A stretch of 64,000 nt of DNA from Octopus vulgaris. Lineage: Eukaryota. The position numbers and the translations under genes were made by a program. A model generated the notes under the pieces. That model was not told the origin of the DNA, searched no databases, and was given only the letters and a program-made list of their open reading frames with translations. Below, piece by piece: positions 60,285 to 64,000 of this stretch (position 1 is the stretch's first letter; each line of letters begins with the position of its first letter). The stretch covers positions 26,350,001 through 26,414,000 of the forward strand of contig OX597839.1 of NCBI GenBank assembly GCA_951406725.2, in the 5' to 3' direction.

Positions 60285-63278
60285 ATGGAGACTTGCTGCT
60301 AGTACCGTTGATTTGGCTCAAAAGCCCACCTTTAGTCGGGATAGAACAGACCAGTCTACGGTTACTGTAGTCCTGTGTGATGATGGCATCTATATGCTCG
60401 CCGAGCGTGATGGCTTTGTTAGAGCCTGGCGGGCCAGGAGATTTCGAAGAGCTCCCCCCTGATCCGGAGGGAGGTCGCTCTTTATCAGTTTTTTCACCAC
60501 CACCACCACCACCACCTCCTCCTCCACCACCACCACCACCACCACCACCGCCACTACTGTTATTACTGCTACCACCGCCACCACTACCACCACCACTACT
60601 ACCATTACCAGTTGCTTGTGAAGGGTGTGGGTGTGGCTGGGGAGTATGGGAACCACTACTGGTGCTGGTGTTACTACTACCAGTGTTATTATTGTTATTA
60701 CTGTTATTATTACTGTTATTGTTATTATTATTATTATTGTTATTACTGTTATTATTGTTATTATTATTATTATTACTGTTATTACTATTACCAGCTCCAC
60801 TGGTTTGAGTTCCTCCATTTGGCCCGTGGTTAGATCCCATTTGTGGTCCGGGCGATTCACGGGGAGACGTGTAATAAGGTTTCTCAGCAGAATCTTCTTT
60901 CTCTTGTTGGTATTTGCTATAACCTTTACGTTTGGTAAACGTTGGCGATGCCGCCTGGTCGAGATTTATAACGGCCGGCGAAGTGGTCTCCCTCGGGGGT
61001 GGTTGCCGACCCTCGGACTGCCACGGTTCCGGCACTCTGCTGACCATGGCCTTAGCTTCTTCCCCTGACTTGGAATCTAATTCCTCGTTGCCACGATGAA
61101 TTTGGTTGATGATGATGGCATCAATCAGATAAGCGGCTGTGACTGTCCGCGACTGCGAGCTGTCGTCGTTAGAACCAGCACCAGCATCGGAGTCAAAATT
61201 GGACGAAGGAATGTTGTCATTATTTTTCAGAGCTTTTAATAAATTAGACGATGTGTCTCCAGTACCTGGTGACCGGTGGGGTCGTGGCGTCATTTCTGTG
61301 TCGCTGCCTCGAAACCGCTGAATGTCCTGAGCGTCAGGAGTCTTGGATGAATCTGGCTGTCGATCTACATCGATGTGTATGGGTCGGTTTGGATCGGTCT
61401 CCCGGACACCGGACGGTGTTCCGTGTCGGGAAGGGGTGGAATATCCAGGTCTGTCATGACAAGGGGGTTGGGCTACTATATTACTTTCGAGTTCAGCTTT
61501 GTTTACCATCATCTGCCGATTATGGAAGTCATGTGCTGGCCTCGGCTCTATTTCATGTTTATCATACTCTTTCACATCAAAACGGTCTTGAGATTCTCTG
61601 TCCCATTCTTTGTCCCTTTCTTTAGGGATCTCGGGATTGATTATTTTTATAGGGGTTTCTCGATGCTGTGGCTCGGGGGGAATAACATGTGTCTGAGTGT
61701 TAAGAGATTGAGGGTAGGCGATAGTGACATGCCCATCATGTCTCGGTGATGCTGCCTTGCTGGGTGGCATTGTTGTACTATCAGGTAAATGCCCTCCATT
61801 GTCTGGTCTTTGCCACCCAGTACCTTTAACGATACTGGGCCGTGAAGGAGGGGACGGTGGATAACGTGATTGTTCCATTGCAACATTTGCTGCTGAGCCA
61901 AGGAGAGGAATTTTAGCTGGATTATTAGACCAAGGAGTTGGTACAGGAGAAATACCTTTGTCATCCCTTGGAGACGGCGTACTTTGGGATGGAAGAGGAG
62001 AATTTCGGTTGAGTCTCTCAGCAACTGAAATATTCATACCTGATTGATGTGGTACATAAATGATACCCGATGGCTGTGAAAGATATGGTGGTATTGCAGG
62101 TGATGGCATTCTTTGGCTTTCAGTAATTGAACTATAGGTCTTTGAAGCATTTGGCAGGGATCTGGGAGATTGTCGTTCATCTTTGTCTGAAGGAGTTGCA
62201 CCCCTTCTGGGCATGTGTTGAGCAGTAACAAAGTCACTCATTATCGTTTGCCTGGAAGTACGAATAGGGGAGAGTAAATCTTGGTAGCTATAAAAAGGTT
62301 CTGCTATTTTTTCATACACAACTGCCCGTCTAATCGCTGGCTCGTACATGATATTTCCCCGGCCCAATATGGGATCTATCACTGGAGAAACTCTGGTTAT
62401 ACTAGCTTCATGACCAACAGGGGTACCCCTCCCAGTCCCAGGTTCTCTGTTCCGTGGAGTTCCCCTTGTTATAGATCCCTGGGGAGGAGTCTGCTGCCGG
62501 TGACTGATGTCAATTCGATGGGATGGTATACCTGAATTATTGGGATGATTGCCACCCGAGGTGGACGTTACAGGATGACTAACAGGGGTCCCGTGGGTGA
62601 TGGATCCAGTGGGAGGTGGAACGAGATGTGAACTAACAGGAGGGGATTTAGGGAGCTTGGGGGACATTTTGGAATTAATCAATGGTGGTGGTGGTGGTAT
62701 ACGGGCCCCCATTTGGTTCCTGTTTTGAAACTCCATGGGAGCAAGATGTGAATTGTAGGGAGAATTTGAAGCGGGTGGCACAGCTCTGATGATTGGTGAT
62801 ATTGTTTGTGCAGGCTCAGGATGATATATTGAGGGTGATTTGACCCGAGGGACGATGGTTTTATGAGACTTAAGTGGTATAGGTTCATCTGCTTGTGACT
62901 GATGGAGGCTAGATGAAGTGAGATGATGAGAATGGGCAGGAGGAGGCAGACCCATATTTTTTCTTTGAGATTCTTCAGGCCTTAAGTGAGAGTCTATAGA
63001 CCTTTGAAAATCACGAGGATCTCCTTTGTAAGCTTTTTGCGTTTTGTCATGGTAATCAATAGGACGCCTTGACAAGTCTTGCACTTCGAAATCACGTAGC
63101 TCTCTTGGATCATGCATTTCCCGTGCAGAAATTCCTCTGTACGCTGTTATGTCTGGAAACATATATGGTGATGCCTGCTCCGGCCGCCTTTCTTTACGCA
63201 AGTCCTGAGGCATGTTGTGGACAAGTCCAGAGAGCATCGATTTCCTGGACAACACAGGGTTTTCAGACATAATGGGTT
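60285..63278 (-). CDS. NCOR: Nuclear receptor corepressor (NCoR/SMRT/SMRTER ortholog), large internal exon of 2994 nt, phase 1-1
   Basis: Lies in the 1026-aa ORF. Contains GSITHGTP and GSITRGTP (NCoR GSI repeats), SRQTIMSDFVTAQHM (resembles NCoR TRQTILNDYITSQQM), and CoRNR boxes TAAYLIDAIIINQI (ID3-like, ~61099-61140) and ITLGEHIDAIITQDY (ID2-like, ~60367-60411). Acceptor ttttcttttccag|AA at 63279/63278; donor CCAT|gtaagt at 60285/60284. Confidence 0.92.
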
Positions 63279-64000
63279 CTGGAAAAGAAAAAAAGAAAAT
63301 AAATAAATGAATAAAACAATTCTATAAACAGGAGTAGAATTCTACAAATGGTTTTTCTTTTTATTACAAAATAATAATTTCAGTTTTTACTTCTTACAAA
63401 ATAATGATTTCTTCCCCAAAGAAGGATTGAAACTATAAAGAATTTTCTGGTTCGGTGCTGGTATCACATAAAAAGCACCCAGTACGCTTAGTAAAATGGG
63501 TGGCATTAGGAAGGGCATCCAGCTGTAGAAACCATGCCAGACAATGGACCGTGGTGTGAACCCCAGCCATACCAGCTCCTGTCAAACAGTACAACCTGTG
63601 TCATCACAGAAAAAGGACATTTGACCACAACAATGATGATGTGGTTAATCTTGGGAGGTTAAGAGATGCAGTTATTACTGCAAGGTTTCTAGTCTGCGAT
63701 GCCCAGATGATTTTGCTGAAATGGTATTCATCTATACTTCATTAGCCCCATGGGCTAATAACAATAATGAGTGTTTCTAATTTAGACACAATTACAGCTA
63801 TTTTGATGAGAAAGTTAGCCAATTACAACAATCTCTGTACTTTGAAAAGGCGAAGAGCAAAGTTAACCATGGCAGGATTTGAACTCAGAATGTAAAGTGC
63901 TGTAACTAAATACCACAAGGTATTTTGCCTGATGTTCTAACAATTCTGTGAATCCACTGCCAGAATAATAATAATAATTCTTTCTAATATAGGGGCAAGG

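Noticed and set aside
60377-61749. Plus-strand and alternative-frame ORFs overlapping the large exon
   Set aside because: Shadow frames of triplet-repeat-rich NCoR coding sequence.
63268-63270. ATG of the 1026-aa ORF as the true start of a single-exon gene
   Set aside because: A strong acceptor lies 8 nt upstream, the N-terminal SANT domains are absent, and the ORF's last ~30 codons are intron read-through.

Overview
AT-rich, microsatellite- and SINE-dense eukaryotic DNA. The repeat families point to an octopus (coleoid cephalopod) genome; this is inference, not a database result. The one well-supported protein gene is the 3' half of a nuclear receptor corepressor (NCoR/SMRT/SMRTER) gene on the minus strand. 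Five phase-compatible exons are visible: 63278-60285 (2994 nt, with GSI repeats and two CoRNR boxes), 47073-46823, 44137-43828 (polyQ), 34138-34007, and a terminal exon from 27102 carrying a transposon-free 3' UTR of about 3.8 kb that ends near an AATAAA at 23298-23293. The 5' exons lie beyond the right edge. Nearly all other ORFs in the track are microsatellite or repeat artefacts. Introns and flanks hold four SINE-like families, RTE and CR1 LINE 3' ends, mariner remnants, hAT/piggyBac/Tigger-type MITEs and non-autonomous Helitrons. The most unusual signal is a set of Penelope-type minimal hammerhead ribozyme motifs at five loci. One has the conserved C3-G8 core pair swapped to G3-C8 inside a 278-bp palindrome, and one is fused to a tRNA-like SINE head.
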